64,000 nt of DNA. Source: Candidatus Woesearchaeota archaeon. Lineage in GTDB: Archaea; Nanobdellota; Nanobdellia; Woesearchaeales; WJKL01. Each line of letters opens with the position of its first letter. Positions within the stretch are counted from its first letter, which is position 1. A program made the translations under genes and the position numbers. This document shows, piece by piece, positions 37,992 through 48,349 of the stretch. The DNA lies in NCBI GenBank assembly GCA_014729675.1, contig WJJM01000055.1, forward strand, positions 326 to 64,325, in the 5' to 3' direction. The notes beneath the pieces are model-generated. The model had not been told where the DNA came from. It worked only from the letters and a program-made list of their open reading frames with translations, and searched no databases.

Positions 37992-39305
37992 CTTAAACTC
38001 TTCTTTAACTTCTTTAAGTGCTGTCGGAGCTTCTCCGCCGTGCCAGGTAATTCTTGGTCTTACACGCATAGGGTACATTTTCTCATTCATATCGTCAAAG
38101 ACAATGGCTGCTCCCTTTACTCTTGGAAGAACATTAAGCTCCTCATCAAGCCCTTTTCTCATATAGCTCTGCATAAGCTGACCCAGAGCTTCAACGTCTA
38201 TCTTTGCTGTCAATCTATGGGAAAGAACAGTGTCTGACTGAGTCATCACATCAGTGTGAATCTTTCCTGGCTGCTGGGATGCCAGTATCAAAGATATTCC
38301 TGGTTGTCTTCCTTCCCTTAGTATGGTAATCAGAGGGTCTGAAGCAGTTGTTTTTCCTTTATTGGGGAGAAATTCATGAGCCTCATCTATCACAAGCCAT
38401 ACGAGGGGCATCTCTTTTTCAGATTTTTTTTCTGCAAAATAGGATTCTGATTTCTTCACTGCAGAATATTCCTCCATCTTTCTTGAAAGCATTCTCTGGA
38501 TGAAAAGTTTTTCTGCAGTCAGGCCAATAACCAAAGATTTTATATCCCATGCTCCTGGCATCGTCGCGTAGCAGCTTACATCAAGTATCGTAACCTGTCC
38601 AGGAGCGACAATATCCTTAAGCCTTGTCCCTTTTACAGAGAATAGACCCCAATCTCTTGTCTTCCTGAACTGGTTCTCTACAACATCTTTGGTGTTTTGG
38701 TCGGAGCGCTTGTCGGAATGAACAGTCTTTATAATATCATTTATAGAAAATTCTTTTTTTTCTTTTTTTAGGCTGTGGATAATACGCTCGATGAGGACAC
38801 CTGGCTGTGAATTTGGGTCTATGGAAAAGGTCATGCACCAATCTGATGATGCAAGTTCAGAAGGCTTTATAGAAAAAGGATAGTCAGTAGGAATGCCTTT
38901 ATCTTTGTATTCTTTGAAATATCCTGTAGGCGTATATATCTTCACATCAAGCCCTTTTGGTTCCATACCCCACTCCTTAAGCAGACCTTCATCTTTCTTA
39001 TTGGGGTATTTCATCGTCCAATATATCCCCATAGTGTCCAGTATAACAACTGCAATGTTCTTAGATACATCTTTTGGGAGGTCTGATATACCTTCTGCTA
39101 TAGTTCCAAGAGTATAAGATTTTCCAGAGCCCCGTTTACCACAGACAAATACAACATGAGAACGGTTAACATCTAGACGTATCTCACTGGATAATGAAGT
39201 TGTCTGACCCATCTTTACATAATGCTTTCCCAGAAGTATAGTTCCTTTAAGGCCGAACTTTTCCCTGTCTTTTTTGCTTCTTCCAACCACTATTTCATAA
39301 GCCAT
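37986..39305 (-). CDS. HerA/VirB4-like DUF87 P-loop ATPase
   Basis: Walker A GKRGSGKSYT, Walker B LVIDEAHEF, and ASQQP sensor-like motif; no NurA gene adjacent. Confidence 0.7.
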   Translation of the reverse strand: MAYEIVVGRSKKDREKFGLKGTILLGKHYVKMGQTTSLSSEIRLDVNRSHVVFVCGKRGSGKSYTLGTIAEGISDLPKDVSKNIAVVILDTMGIYWTMKYPNKKDEGLLKEWGMEPKGLDVKIYTPTGYFKEYKDKGIPTDYPFSIKPSELASSDWCMTFSIDPNSQPGVLIERIIHSLKKEKKEFSINDIIKTVHSDKRSDQNTKDVVENQFRKTRDWGLFSVKGTRLKDIVAPGQVTILDVSCYATMPGAWDIKSLVIGLTAEKLFIQRMLSRKMEEYSAVKKSESYFAEKKSEKEMPLVWLVIDEAHEFLPNKGKTTASDPLITILREGRQPGISLILASQQPGKIHTDVMTQSDTVLSHRLTAKIDVEALGQLMQSYMRKGLDEELNVLPRVKGAAIVFDDMNEKMYPMRVRPRITWHGGEAPTALKEVKEEFKL

Positions 39306-39414
39306 TGATTTAAACTATGGTTAAGTAGTATAAATCTATTTAGTTTTACTCTAGAGTGGGAAAAATAGAAAGATTTATAAGAGAAATGCTCCTGAAAACA
39401 ACTATCATAATATA

Positions 39415-40470
39415 ATGGGTGAGCCTATGGCAAAAAACAAGAAAACAAAAAACAACAAAAAAACAACCAAGAATAACAATAAGACAAAAAAAGGCAAAAA
39501 AACATCAAACAATAAATTTTTGATATCTATCATCGTGATAGCAGCGATAGCTGTTATAGCTACTTTGGCAGTCAAATACAATAACACAGAGGAAATTTCT
39601 GACAAGGAAATAGTATCTGTGGATGGAAATGTAATTACACAAAACCAGCTAGACAGAGAATATTCGCTTTTCTTTTTTCTTACTGGATATCCTGAAGAAT
39701 ACAAGCAGGTCCTGACAAAGGATATATACCTTGAGCAGATGATAAACGAGCACCTTATACTTCAGGATGCATCTGAAAACGGATTTGAGCTTAGCAAGGA
39801 AGAGACTGATTCAAAACTTGAAGAGATTATAGAGAAAAGTAATGTTTCTGATTTTGGAGAAGATCTGACAGAGGCAGGATATTCCAGGGAAGAACTCTCA
39901 GGATATTACAACAAGCAGGCAACCATAGCGGCATACATAAATCAATCAGTAGTGGGCAATATCAATGTCAGCAACAAAGAAGCCTATGAACTTTACAAGG
40001 CAAATGAAGCTGCTTTTAATTCATCTTTCTCAGAATCCAAAGAAGACATAAAGCAATATATAGCCTCAGAGAAGCAAAAGCAGCTGGTTAATGGTTATGT
40101 TGAAAGCCTTAAAATGGCAGCAGAGATAGAGCTGCTGGAAGAAGCACAAGAGGAGGTCGAGCCAAGCGAACCTGAAGATGAATGCTTAAGCCAATATGGG
40201 GTAGGGGCAGATGCTGTTGTGTTCTATCATGCAAACTGGTGCCCTCATTGCCAGAACATGCAGCCTATAGTGCAGCAGCTTATAGACGAAGGTTACAAGT
40301 TTGTTTGGATAGAGACAACTGAAGGGGTCAATACAGAGCTTTCTGAATGCTTTGAGGATGTTATCCAAGGGGCTGTCCCTCAGTTCATCTGCGCAGGAAC
40401 AAAAGCAAGCCAGCTTGGAGAGATGAGCAAGGAAAACCTTAAGGAATTTGCTGACAAGTGCGCAGCATAG
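39415..40470 (+). CDS. membrane-anchored protein with a chaperone-like domain and a C-terminal thioredoxin-fold domain (CPHC)
   Basis: K/N-rich N-terminus, one TM, WCPHC active-site motif. Confidence 0.6.
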   Translation: MGEPMAKNKKTKNNKKTTKNNNKTKKGKKTSNNKFLISIIVIAAIAVIATLAVKYNNTEEISDKEIVSVDGNVITQNQLDREYSLFFFLTGYPEEYKQVLTKDIYLEQMINEHLILQDASENGFELSKEETDSKLEEIIEKSNVSDFGEDLTEAGYSREELSGYYNKQATIAAYINQSVVGNINVSNKEAYELYKANEAAFNSSFSESKEDIKQYIASEKQKQLVNGYVESLKMAAEIELLEEAQEEVEPSEPEDECLSQYGVGADAVVFYHANWCPHCQNMQPIVQQLIDEGYKFVWIETTEGVNTELSECFEDVIQGAVPQFICAGTKASQLGEMSKENLKEFADKCAA

Positions 40471-40603
40471 ATTTTCTTTTTTTATTATATATTTTGCAGA
40501 TAGGCCTTTATATATATTCAATATCAATATTTGAAAGATAGAAAATCTTAGTTACTAGAATAATCAATCGGGCAGTTAAAAAAAGAAAAATAAAAAAATA
40601 AAA

Positions 40604-41863
40604 TTATAATTGGTCTATTGTAAGGACGTTTGTTCTTGTGTCTCCTGAGCTTATCTTGCTGTCCATGCCGATGAGGTGGGCTATATTTGTCTTTTCTGCT
40701 ATCTCTGTAAGAGTCTTGTCTATAGGGCCGTCCAGGACTATAGCATATACCCCTGTGCTTAGGCTTTTGACTGTTGTTGAGAGTTCGCTGATAGGGACTT
40801 TTCCAAGGATGTTAAGGCTTTCATCCAGAATATATGCGCCTCTTGTGCCTATAAGATCCTCAAGCATTGACTTGAACTTTGTCTTCTCTTCTTGTGTTGC
40901 AGGTTTTCCTTTCTTGACAAATCCTTTTGAAGATTGAGGTTTCTTGTACTGTGTCCTTCTATCCTGCTTGTTAGGCTGGCGGTTTTGCTGCCTCGATAGG
41001 GGCTTTTTTAAGTTTCCACTGTCTTTGAGTTCCATCTTGACCTGTTCTGCAGATGTTTTGCTCCTTATAGCCTTATGGATCTCTTTTTTTGTTATCTCTT
41101 CTATCTCTTTTCCATCAGGGGCTTTTGATACAAAGTCAAGTTCACCCACACTTGAAAGCTCTTTTATTATCAGATCTCCGCCTCTGTCTCCGTCAACCAA
41201 TGCTGTAACGATCTTTTTCTTGCTCAGTTCTTTTATTGTTTCTGGGCAGGAAGTTCCGTTCATAGCTATAGCGTTCTTTATCCCATGCTTCAGAAGATTA
41301 AGTACGTCTGCTCTGCCTTCTACTACAAGAATTTCATCAGAATCATCTATAGCAGGGCCTGCAGGAAGCCTGTCTTTTCCGTAGGATTTTATCTCCATCA
41401 TCCTTACTGAATGAGCGACTTCGTCTGCTATCTCTTGTGAATCAGGAAGTACACCTTCTGTAAGATTCTTAAGCAGTGCTTTTGCCCTTTCGATGACAAA
41501 ATTTCTCTTGCTTATCCTTACATCTTCTATCTTTTGGGCCTTTATCTTGGCATTGCAGGGACCTATCCTCTGGATAACTTCTAATGCTGCAGCTACTATG
41601 CTTGTCTCTGCTTTGTCTAAAGAAGAAGGTATTATTATGGTTCCCTGGGTCTTGCCGCTTCTTGTGTCAACATTAACTTCGATCCTTCCTATCCTTCCAG
41701 ACCTTTGAAGTTCCCTTAATTCCAACTCTGAGCCTAACAGGCCTTCTGTCTGGCCGAAAATAGCTCCGATAACATCGGGTCTTTCTACTACTCCTTCTAT
41801 GTCTATTGTTGCATGAACAATATATTTTGCTGATACAGGGGATATTTTTCCCATTTTTCTCAC
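40604..41863 (-). CDS. dnaG: archaeal DnaG primase (Toprim), exosome-associated type
   Basis: N-terminal AKYIVHATIDIEGVVERPDVIGAIFGQTEGLLG is the archaeal DnaG signature; Toprim ILVVEGRADV...DGDRGGD. Confidence 0.85.
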   Translation of the reverse strand: MRKMGKISPVSAKYIVHATIDIEGVVERPDVIGAIFGQTEGLLGSELELRELQRSGRIGRIEVNVDTRSGKTQGTIIIPSSLDKAETSIVAAALEVIQRIGPCNAKIKAQKIEDVRISKRNFVIERAKALLKNLTEGVLPDSQEIADEVAHSVRMMEIKSYGKDRLPAGPAIDDSDEILVVEGRADVLNLLKHGIKNAIAMNGTSCPETIKELSKKKIVTALVDGDRGGDLIIKELSSVGELDFVSKAPDGKEIEEITKKEIHKAIRSKTSAEQVKMELKDSGNLKKPLSRQQNRQPNKQDRRTQYKKPQSSKGFVKKGKPATQEEKTKFKSMLEDLIGTRGAYILDESLNILGKVPISELSTTVKSLSTGVYAIVLDGPIDKTLTEIAEKTNIAHLIGMDSKISSGDTRTNVLTIDQL

Positions 41864-42466
41864 ACTCCTTGTATAAGAACATAGAACAAGTTAATTTAAC
41901 TATTTAGCCAGTTAGTTCTTACTTCTTCTTAAATAAAGGCTAATAAGTGAAATTAAAGGATAATAATGGTGCTAAAATGCCCATTTAGGGCATTTGGCAC
42001 CGCTTTAAACGATTTTAATTGTTCTATGTTCTTTTTAATCTTAAATAATTGGTTGTAGCCCGTTACACTAACTCTCAAGCTCATTGCTTGAATTTATCGT
42101 AAGCTCCGTTGAGTACTCTCGTGACGGGCTTTATTATACAAATTTTAGGGCTTTTAGAGCCTTTTTTTGTATAATATGTGTAAGAATAAGAATGATCTTA
42201 TTATTTATAAAGATAATGAAAAAACCCCAGCTTTCAACAGAATGTTGAAGCCAGGGAAAAGGGGGTTTTATCCGAATTTATCGAATAATATGATAAACCC
42301 AGACAAACGTCTCAAAAAGACATTTGCCTGGGAAAAGATGTGTTTAGTTTTATGTGTTACTATTGTATAGAAGTAATACTTTATAAATCTTTCGGTTTTT
42401 AGTACTTCTAGGTAGTTAAATTATATAAGAAATACTTTTATAAACTTGTGCTTTTTCCTGAATCTA

Positions 42467-43012
42467 ATGAAATACATACATGAGCTTAAAATCCCTAAAG
42501 AAAGGATTGCTGTTTTAGTAGGGACAAAAGGAAAAATAAAAAGAAAGATAGAAGAAGAGACAAAGACTAAGATGAATGTAGACAGCAATGAGGGCAATGT
42601 GACCATCTCAGGAGAAGATGGGCTTGGATTGTATACAGCAAAGGAAGTTACTCTTGCGATAGGAAGAGGTTTTAATCCTGAGTATGCTTTTCTTCTTCTT
42701 AAGGGAGATTATATGTTTGAGCTTTTAAATATAGAAGAGCACGCTCCAGTAAAAAGCAAGAATGATTTTAAAAGGCTGAAGGGAAGAGTTATAGGAAAAG
42801 AAGGCAGGAGCAGAAGACTTATAGAAGAATATACTCACTGCTATATGAGTGTTTATGGAAAAACTATTGGGTTGATAGGAAAGCCAGAAGATATTGAAGA
42901 TGCAAGAAAAGCGGTTCTTGACCTGTTAAGAGGTGCGCCGCATGGAAATGTTTATAAATGGTTGGAGAAAAACAAAAAAGAAAAGAGAAAAGAATCAATG
43001 CTGAGTGAGTGA
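42467..43012 (+). CDS. KH-domain RNA-binding protein (aDim2/Pno1-like)
   Basis: Two KH-like units ([13 protein letters not shown] and [14 protein letters not shown]); start taken at the internal MKYIHEL. Confidence 0.65.
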   Translation: MKYIHELKIPKERIAVLVGTKGKIKRKIEEETKTKMNVDSNEGNVTISGEDGLGLYTAKEVTLAIGRGFNPEYAFLLLKGDYMFELLNIEEHAPVKSKNDFKRLKGRVIGKEGRSRRLIEEYTHCYMSVYGKTIGLIGKPEDIEDARKAVLDLLRGAPHGNVYKWLEKNKKEKRKESMLSE

Positions 43013-44745
43013 TGATGGCTAAAAAGAAACAGAAAAAGAGGACAAAGGTCGATGCTAAGACCCTGGCGAAAAAACAAAGGGAAATAAGTGTCGCTGAATT
43101 CTTCCAGAAGAACAGGCATCTTCTTGGATTTGATAATAAGAAAAAAGCTTTGCTTACAACGATAAAGGAAGCTGTAGATAACAGCCTTGATGCATGCGAG
43201 GAAGCAGGAATACTTCCAGAGATAAATGTAGAGATAATAGATATGAACAAGAAGCAGGGGATGAAGAAAGAGATATCAGAGCAGCAGACAACACTTGTTA
43301 CAGAAGAGATAAAAGAAGAAGATTCGGGCAGTAAGGATAGATTTAGAGTAATAATAGAAGACAACGGACCAGGCATAGTAAAAAAGCAGATTCCAAAGAT
43401 ATTTGCAAAACTTCTATATGGGAGCAAATTCCATACATTAAAGATGTCAAGAGGCCAGCAGGGGATAGGCATCTCTGCCGCTGTGTTATATGGACAATTA
43501 ACAACAGGAAGACCTACAAGGATCATGAGCAAGACAGATGCAAAAAGCAAGGCCAACTATTATGAGCTTAAAGTAGACACAAGGACCAATGAGCCAAACA
43601 TAATGGCTGAAAAGACAGTGGAATGGAACAAGGAGCATGGTATAAGGATAGAGATAGATCTTGAAGCAACATACCAAAAAGCAGGACAAAGCGTGGACAA
43701 TTACCTCAAGCAGACTGCAGTCGTAAATCCTCATGTGACTTTGATATATACTTCACCTGATGCTGAACAAAGAGTGTTCCCGAGAGTGATCGAAGATGTT
43801 CCTGAGGAGACAAGAGAGATAAGGCCGCATCCATATGGTGTTGAGGTCGGTATGCTTATGGAGATGCTTGGCACTACAGAAGCAAGGACTCTGCAGAGTT
43901 TTTTGATGAAGGATTTTAGCAGGGTAGGTGCAGGCACAGCCAAAAATATATGCGAGAATGCAGGATTACTTCCAAAGGTTAAGCCAAAGAAAGTGACCCG
44001 TGAGATGACAGAGAAACTCAACAAAGGCATACAGAAAACAAGAATATCCTCTCCCCCTACTGACTGCATAGCTCCTATCGGAGCAGAGGAACTTGAAAAA
44101 GGACTCAAAAAAGAGATAAAAGCAGAATTTTACACTTCTATAACAAGACCTCCTGCTGTCTACAGAGGAAATCCATTTATAGTGGAAGCAGGGATAGCTT
44201 TTGGGGGAGAACAGAATTCTGAAAACTCTGTAAGATTACTGAGATTTGCAAACAGGGTTCCTTTATTATACCAGCAGAACTCATGTGCGACAGCGCAGTC
44301 TGTCATGAAGACCAACTGGAGATCATACGGGCTCAGCCAGAGCAGAAATTCTTTGCCTATAGGTCCTGCCACAATAGTGATACATATCGCTTCAGTTTGG
44401 GTGCCTTTTACTTCAGAATCAAAAGAGGCTATAGCTCACTATCCTGAGATAATAAAAGAGATAAAGTTAGCACTGCAGGAATGCGGAAGAAAGCTTGCAT
44501 CTTATGTAAACAAGAAAAAGAGAATTGTTGCAGAAGGAAAGAAAAGAGACTACATAGAAACATATATACCTCATGTTGCTGAAGCGCTAAAAGGGCTGCT
44601 TGGACTCAATGAAAAGGATGAGAAAAATATCCAAGGCATGCTGAAGAGCTTATTGGAGAAACAGAGAGGAAAACTTGAGCAGATAAAAGTAGAGGCCTCT
44701 GAATTTGACGAGTCATATGCTCTTGCAGATACTGAAGAGGAATAA
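43009..44745 (+). CDS. top6B: DNA topoisomerase VI subunit B
   Basis: GHKL ATPase motifs ([38 protein letters not shown]). Confidence 0.9.
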   Translation: MMMAKKKQKKRTKVDAKTLAKKQREISVAEFFQKNRHLLGFDNKKKALLTTIKEAVDNSLDACEEAGILPEINVEIIDMNKKQGMKKEISEQQTTLVTEEIKEEDSGSKDRFRVIIEDNGPGIVKKQIPKIFAKLLYGSKFHTLKMSRGQQGIGISAAVLYGQLTTGRPTRIMSKTDAKSKANYYELKVDTRTNEPNIMAEKTVEWNKEHGIRIEIDLEATYQKAGQSVDNYLKQTAVVNPHVTLIYTSPDAEQRVFPRVIEDVPEETREIRPHPYGVEVGMLMEMLGTTEARTLQSFLMKDFSRVGAGTAKNICENAGLLPKVKPKKVTREMTEKLNKGIQKTRISSPPTDCIAPIGAEELEKGLKKEIKAEFYTSITRPPAVYRGNPFIVEAGIAFGGEQNSENSVRLLRFANRVPLLYQQNSCATAQSVMKTNWRSYGLSQSRNSLPIGPATIVIHIASVWVPFTSESKEAIAHYPEIIKEIKLALQECGRKLASYVNKKKRIVAEGKKRDYIETYIPHVAEALKGLLGLNEKDEKNIQGMLKSLLEKQRGKLEQIKVEASEFDESYALADTEEE

Positions 44746-44747
44746 AT

Positions 44748-45860
44748 ATGCCAGACAACAAAAAAAGCGAAAAAACCAGAAAAGACATACTCCCTTTAAT
44801 AAGAAATATTGCCAGAGACATATACAGCAAAGTTCTAAAGAAAAAAAGCCCTGATCTTGTATTTCCTTTAAGGAGTCTCAGCAATGTGAAATATGATTCC
44901 AAAGACGGTTATTTTGAGCTCAAGGGAAAGAAGAAAAAAAGAAGCCTTACTGCTGCGACTGTAAAGACCTTCGCGCAGACCCTGAGAATGATGGGGTTAA
45001 GCAAGGAACTTGTAGAAAGCGATGATATAGCTTCCAAGAGGGAAGCGTATTATATAAGCAAGAATTGGGGAGAATCTAAATTCAAGGAACAGCCTGAATC
45101 AGATTCAGCTATGGATGATATAGAATCAATGCTAATGGTGAATAGGGAACAGCTGGGATTTATCCCTGAAGAGAAAGGGGGAGAGGTTGCAGGGAAGCTG
45201 ACCGTAGTTGATAGAGACCAGGATACTGGAAAACAGATAAAAATAGACTGTACAAAATTTGGATCAGGAGCTTATTCTATCCCTATCTCTGTGGAACATC
45301 TTAAGTTTGAAACAAATGCAAAATTTATACTTACTATAGAGACTGCAGGTATGTTCCAGAGGCTTGTAAAACACAAATACTGGAAAAAATCAAACTGTAT
45401 CCTTGTTTCTATGGGAGGGGTCCCTACAAGAGCATGCAGGAGATTTATAAGAAGACTATCTGATGAAAAAAAGCTTCCTGTCTATGTATTCACTGACGGG
45501 GATCCCTATGGGTTTGGATCAATATATAGGACATTGAAGGTAGGTTCTGGAAATTCTGCACATATAAATGAATTTTTCTGTGTACCAAAGGCAAAGTTCA
45601 TAGGCATAACACCTAAAGACATAGTGGATTACAAGCTGCCCACCCATCCTCTTAAGGATGTTGATATCAAGAAGATAAAAGACCTTATCAAAAATGACCC
45701 TTTTGTACACCATCATAAGGAATGGCAGAAAGCTCTGAAACAGATGAACAAGATGAAGGTAAGGGCAGAACAGCAGAGCCTTGCAAAATGGGGACTGAAT
45801 TTTGTTATATCGGATTACCTTCCAAAGAAACTAAAGGATAAGAAAAACTGGCTGCCTTAG
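44748..45860 (+). CDS. top6A: DNA topoisomerase VI subunit A (Spo11-like)
   Basis: Winged-helix region with a YY motif and a Toprim domain (FTDGDPYGF); directly follows top6B. Confidence 0.9.
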   Translation: MPDNKKSEKTRKDILPLIRNIARDIYSKVLKKKSPDLVFPLRSLSNVKYDSKDGYFELKGKKKKRSLTAATVKTFAQTLRMMGLSKELVESDDIASKREAYYISKNWGESKFKEQPESDSAMDDIESMLMVNREQLGFIPEEKGGEVAGKLTVVDRDQDTGKQIKIDCTKFGSGAYSIPISVEHLKFETNAKFILTIETAGMFQRLVKHKYWKKSNCILVSMGGVPTRACRRFIRRLSDEKKLPVYVFTDGDPYGFGSIYRTLKVGSGNSAHINEFFCVPKAKFIGITPKDIVDYKLPTHPLKDVDIKKIKDLIKNDPFVHHHKEWQKALKQMNKMKVRAEQQSLAKWGLNFVISDYLPKKLKDKKNWLP

Positions 45861-45905
45861 ATTTTTAATAAAGTTTATAAATAGTTGATTTTAATCTTTT
45901 TCTAT

Positions 45906-46035
45906 GGCCCTGTAGCCTAGTCTGGAGAGCTTATCCAGCTTGGACAAATAAGGCGACAAAAAAACAGATAAAATCTGTTTTATTCGCTAGAGCCTTCTAA
46001 GCTGTAGATCAGGGGTTCGAATCCCCTCAGGGCCG
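45906..46035 (+). tRNA. tRNA-Arg(TCT) with a ~54-nt intron
   Basis: Acceptor GGCCCTG/CAGGGCC with discriminator G; T-arm AGGGG-TTCGAAT-CCCCT; anticodon loop CTTCTAA. The 5' half TAGCCTAGTCTGGAGAGC resembles M. jannaschii tRNA-Arg(TCT) as recalled from memory. The intron holds the hairpin AGATAAAAtctgTTTTATTC. A T-rich stretch follows. Confidence 0.6.
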
Positions 46036-46091
46036 TTTTATTTTTTTTATCAGTAAATTTTATAAAGAAAACAGATTCTTTTAAGGATATT

Positions 46092-46192
46092 GCGGGCGTG
46101 GCCAAGCGGCTAAGGCAAGAGGCTGCAACCCTCTGATCATGGGTTCGAGTGGATGCGAACAATTTTGCATTGCGGAATTCCCATCGCCCGCT
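46092..46192 (+). tRNA. tRNA-Cys(GCA) with a ~28-nt intron inside the T-loop
   Basis: Acceptor GCGGGCG/CGCCCGC; D-arm GCC-AAGCGGCTAA-GGC; anticodon stem AGAGG/CCTCT with loop CTGCAAC; T-stem ATGGG/CCCAT with its TTCG...AAT(T) loop interrupted by gagtggatgcgaacaattttgcattgcgg. A T7 run follows. Confidence 0.6.
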
Positions 46193-46246
46193 TTTTTTAT
46201 CTTTTTAATGCAAATATTTTTATACTAACCTGCATACAATATAATT

Positions 46247-46459
46247 ATGGCAGATATATCTGATAAAGTATATGAGAGAATAATGGGTGTTGCTTTTATC
46301 ATATCAGCGATAGGGATATTTCTTTCACAGAGAAGGATGGGCATAACAGGGATGGCTATAGACAGCAGTGAAAAAAGTGTTAATCTAATAGTGGCTTATT
46401 TATTGATAGCATCAGCTTTGATAGTCGTTTTGGTATATATCTTCAGGAAGAGAAAGTAA
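46247..46459 (+). CDS. small membrane protein (70 aa)
   Basis: Two hydrophobic segments. Confidence 0.4.
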   Translation: MADISDKVYERIMGVAFIISAIGIFLSQRRMGITGMAIDSSEKSVNLIVAYLLIASALIVVLVYIFRKRK

Positions 46460-46461
46460 AA

Positions 46462-46875
46462 ATGAACAAGAACCATAAACTGATTACATGGTCAGTAATG
46501 ATCATATTGATATTATCCGGGTTAACTGCACTGATTTATTCTTCTTATATCACTTATTCTGTTGAGGAAATAGATGTAATGCTTGATGTGGGAGACAGCA
46601 TCAAACAGGGCAAGGAGAATGGTTTAAACTTAGGAACAATTCCTCCGGGAAGCAGGGTTGAAAGAACATTGAGACTATCTCATGAGTACAGCAAACCTTT
46701 GATAGCACATGTATCTGCCTATAGGGATATAGCAGATTGGGCAAGTATGGAAAAAAATGATATTTTAATTGAGCCAGGAGACTCTGTAAAATCAAAGATA
46801 ATTTTCCATATACCTCCAGATATAGAAAAAGGCAGTTATAGTGGAAAGATAAAGATATATTTCAAAAGAACTTAA
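46462..46875 (+). CDS. membrane-anchored protein, unknown function
   Basis: N-terminal TM followed by a soluble domain. Confidence 0.5.
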   Translation: MNKNHKLITWSVMIILILSGLTALIYSSYITYSVEEIDVMLDVGDSIKQGKENGLNLGTIPPGSRVERTLRLSHEYSKPLIAHVSAYRDIADWASMEKNDILIEPGDSVKSKIIFHIPPDIEKGSYSGKIKIYFKRT

Positions 46876-46876
46876 G

Positions 46877-47653
46877 ATGAGATTGTTGATACTTAAACCT
46901 AAGAAAAAGTTTGTAAAAGAGCTGGATAGGGAGGTAGTTCTTGCAAAGCTTAAGAAGATGTATGTTGATGATATCTCTAAAGATTTTTCCACAAAATACG
47001 GGATCATATCAAAGAAAGACCTGAAGAAGAAAAGCGGATCAGTTGTAAAGAGCAGTATGGGAAAAGAGTTTGTAATTCTTGATCCAGATTTTATAGACCT
47101 GTATAAGAGGATAAAAAGGACTTCCCAGATAATGACCCTAAAAGATATAGGGTATATTGCAGCTGCTGCAGGAATAAACAAAAAAAGCAAAGTTGTAGAT
47201 GCAGGGACAGGTCCCGGAGGGAATGCAATCTACCTTGCACATATATGCAAAGAGGTTTACAGCTATGATATAAATGAAGAGAATGTAAATGTTGCCAGAG
47301 AGAATGCAAAAGCACTAGGTATGAAGAACTTAAAGATAAGGAACAAAAGTATATTTTCAGGGATTGAAGAGAAAGATATTGATCTTGTTGTTCTTGATCT
47401 GCCTACTCCATGGAATGCTGTAAAGTCGGTTGAGAAAAGTCTGAAGACAGGAGGCTATCTTGTAGTGTACAATCCCCAGATAACACAGACAGCTGAATTT
47501 GTGAATACCATCTCAGAAAATAAAAAGTTTATACATGAGAAGACTACCGAGCTTATAGAGAGAAACTGGAAGATAGACGGGAAAGTCGTGAGGCCAAGAA
47601 GCGGAGGGATAGGGCATACTGGTTTTTTGAGTTTTGTGAGAAAAGTTCAATAG
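46877..47653 (+). CDS. trmI: tRNA (adenine-N1)-methyltransferase TrmI/GCD14 family
   Basis: SAM motif VVDAGTGPGGNAIYLA and DLVVLDLPTPW. Confidence 0.8.
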   Translation: MRLLILKPKKKFVKELDREVVLAKLKKMYVDDISKDFSTKYGIISKKDLKKKSGSVVKSSMGKEFVILDPDFIDLYKRIKRTSQIMTLKDIGYIAAAAGINKKSKVVDAGTGPGGNAIYLAHICKEVYSYDINEENVNVARENAKALGMKNLKIRNKSIFSGIEEKDIDLVVLDLPTPWNAVKSVEKSLKTGGYLVVYNPQITQTAEFVNTISENKKFIHEKTTELIERNWKIDGKVVRPRSGGIGHTGFLSFVRKVQ

Positions 47654-48348
47654 CTTTCTTTGATAAAAGATTCAACTTTAGGGATATCTTCTTTGCAGCC
47701 AAGGTCTAGCCAGTAATCTTCAAGTTTTAGAGCTTTTACTTTTCCTTTTTCTGCAAGGATATTTACTGCATCAGTCAGCTCATATTCCCCTCTTTCAGAA
47801 AGCTCTATGCTGTCCAGGGCAGGCCAAATGTCTGGAGTGAATTTGTACAATCCTATGTTTATTATATCGCTTGGAGGGATCTTGGGCTTTTCTTCTATCT
47901 TCTCAAGCATACTGTCATTGATCCTGAAAACACCATACCTGCTTATATCTCCCTGCATCTGCTTTCCTATAACATAGCAAAGTTTATCATCTTTGTTTAT
48001 AGACTTAAGATCATCTACTGAGAAAAGATTGTCTCCTCCAAGAACTATGAAAGGGTCATCACCTGTAAACTCTTTTGCCTGCATAACTGCATGGCCTGTC
48101 CCCATCTGTTCTTTTTGCTCTATGATGGTTGCGTTGATATTGTTTTGTTTTACAAACTCTTCAACTTTTTCCCTGAGGTAGCCCGCTATTATGCCGAATT
48201 CTTCAAAACCTGATTTTTTAAGATTTGCAATGACATAATGCAGGAAAGGTTTTCCATTGATGTCTATAAGAACTTTTGGAGTGGTTTTTGTAAGAGGAAG
48301 CATCCTTGTGCCTTTTCCTGCTGCCATGATAACTGCTTTTTTTACCAT
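47647..48348 (-). CDS. sugar-phosphate nucleotidyltransferase (NTP-transferase family)
   Basis: AVIMAAGKGTRMLPLTKTTPK motif. Confidence 0.8.
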   Translation of the reverse strand: MVKKAVIMAAGKGTRMLPLTKTTPKVLIDINGKPFLHYVIANLKKSGFEEFGIIAGYLREKVEEFVKQNNINATIIEQKEQMGTGHAVMQAKEFTGDDPFIVLGGDNLFSVDDLKSINKDDKLCYVIGKQMQGDISRYGVFRINDSMLEKIEEKPKIPPSDIINIGLYKFTPDIWPALDSIELSERGEYELTDAVNILAEKGKVKALKLEDYWLDLGCKEDIPKVESFIKESY

Positions 48349-48349
48349 A

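Noticed and set aside
42056-42133. tRNA-like element (7-bp terminal helix AGCCCGT/ACGGGCT, ~78 nt)
   Set aside because: No T-loop GTTCRA box, no plausible D-arm and no anticodon arm could be built. It is treated as an unexplained structured region only.
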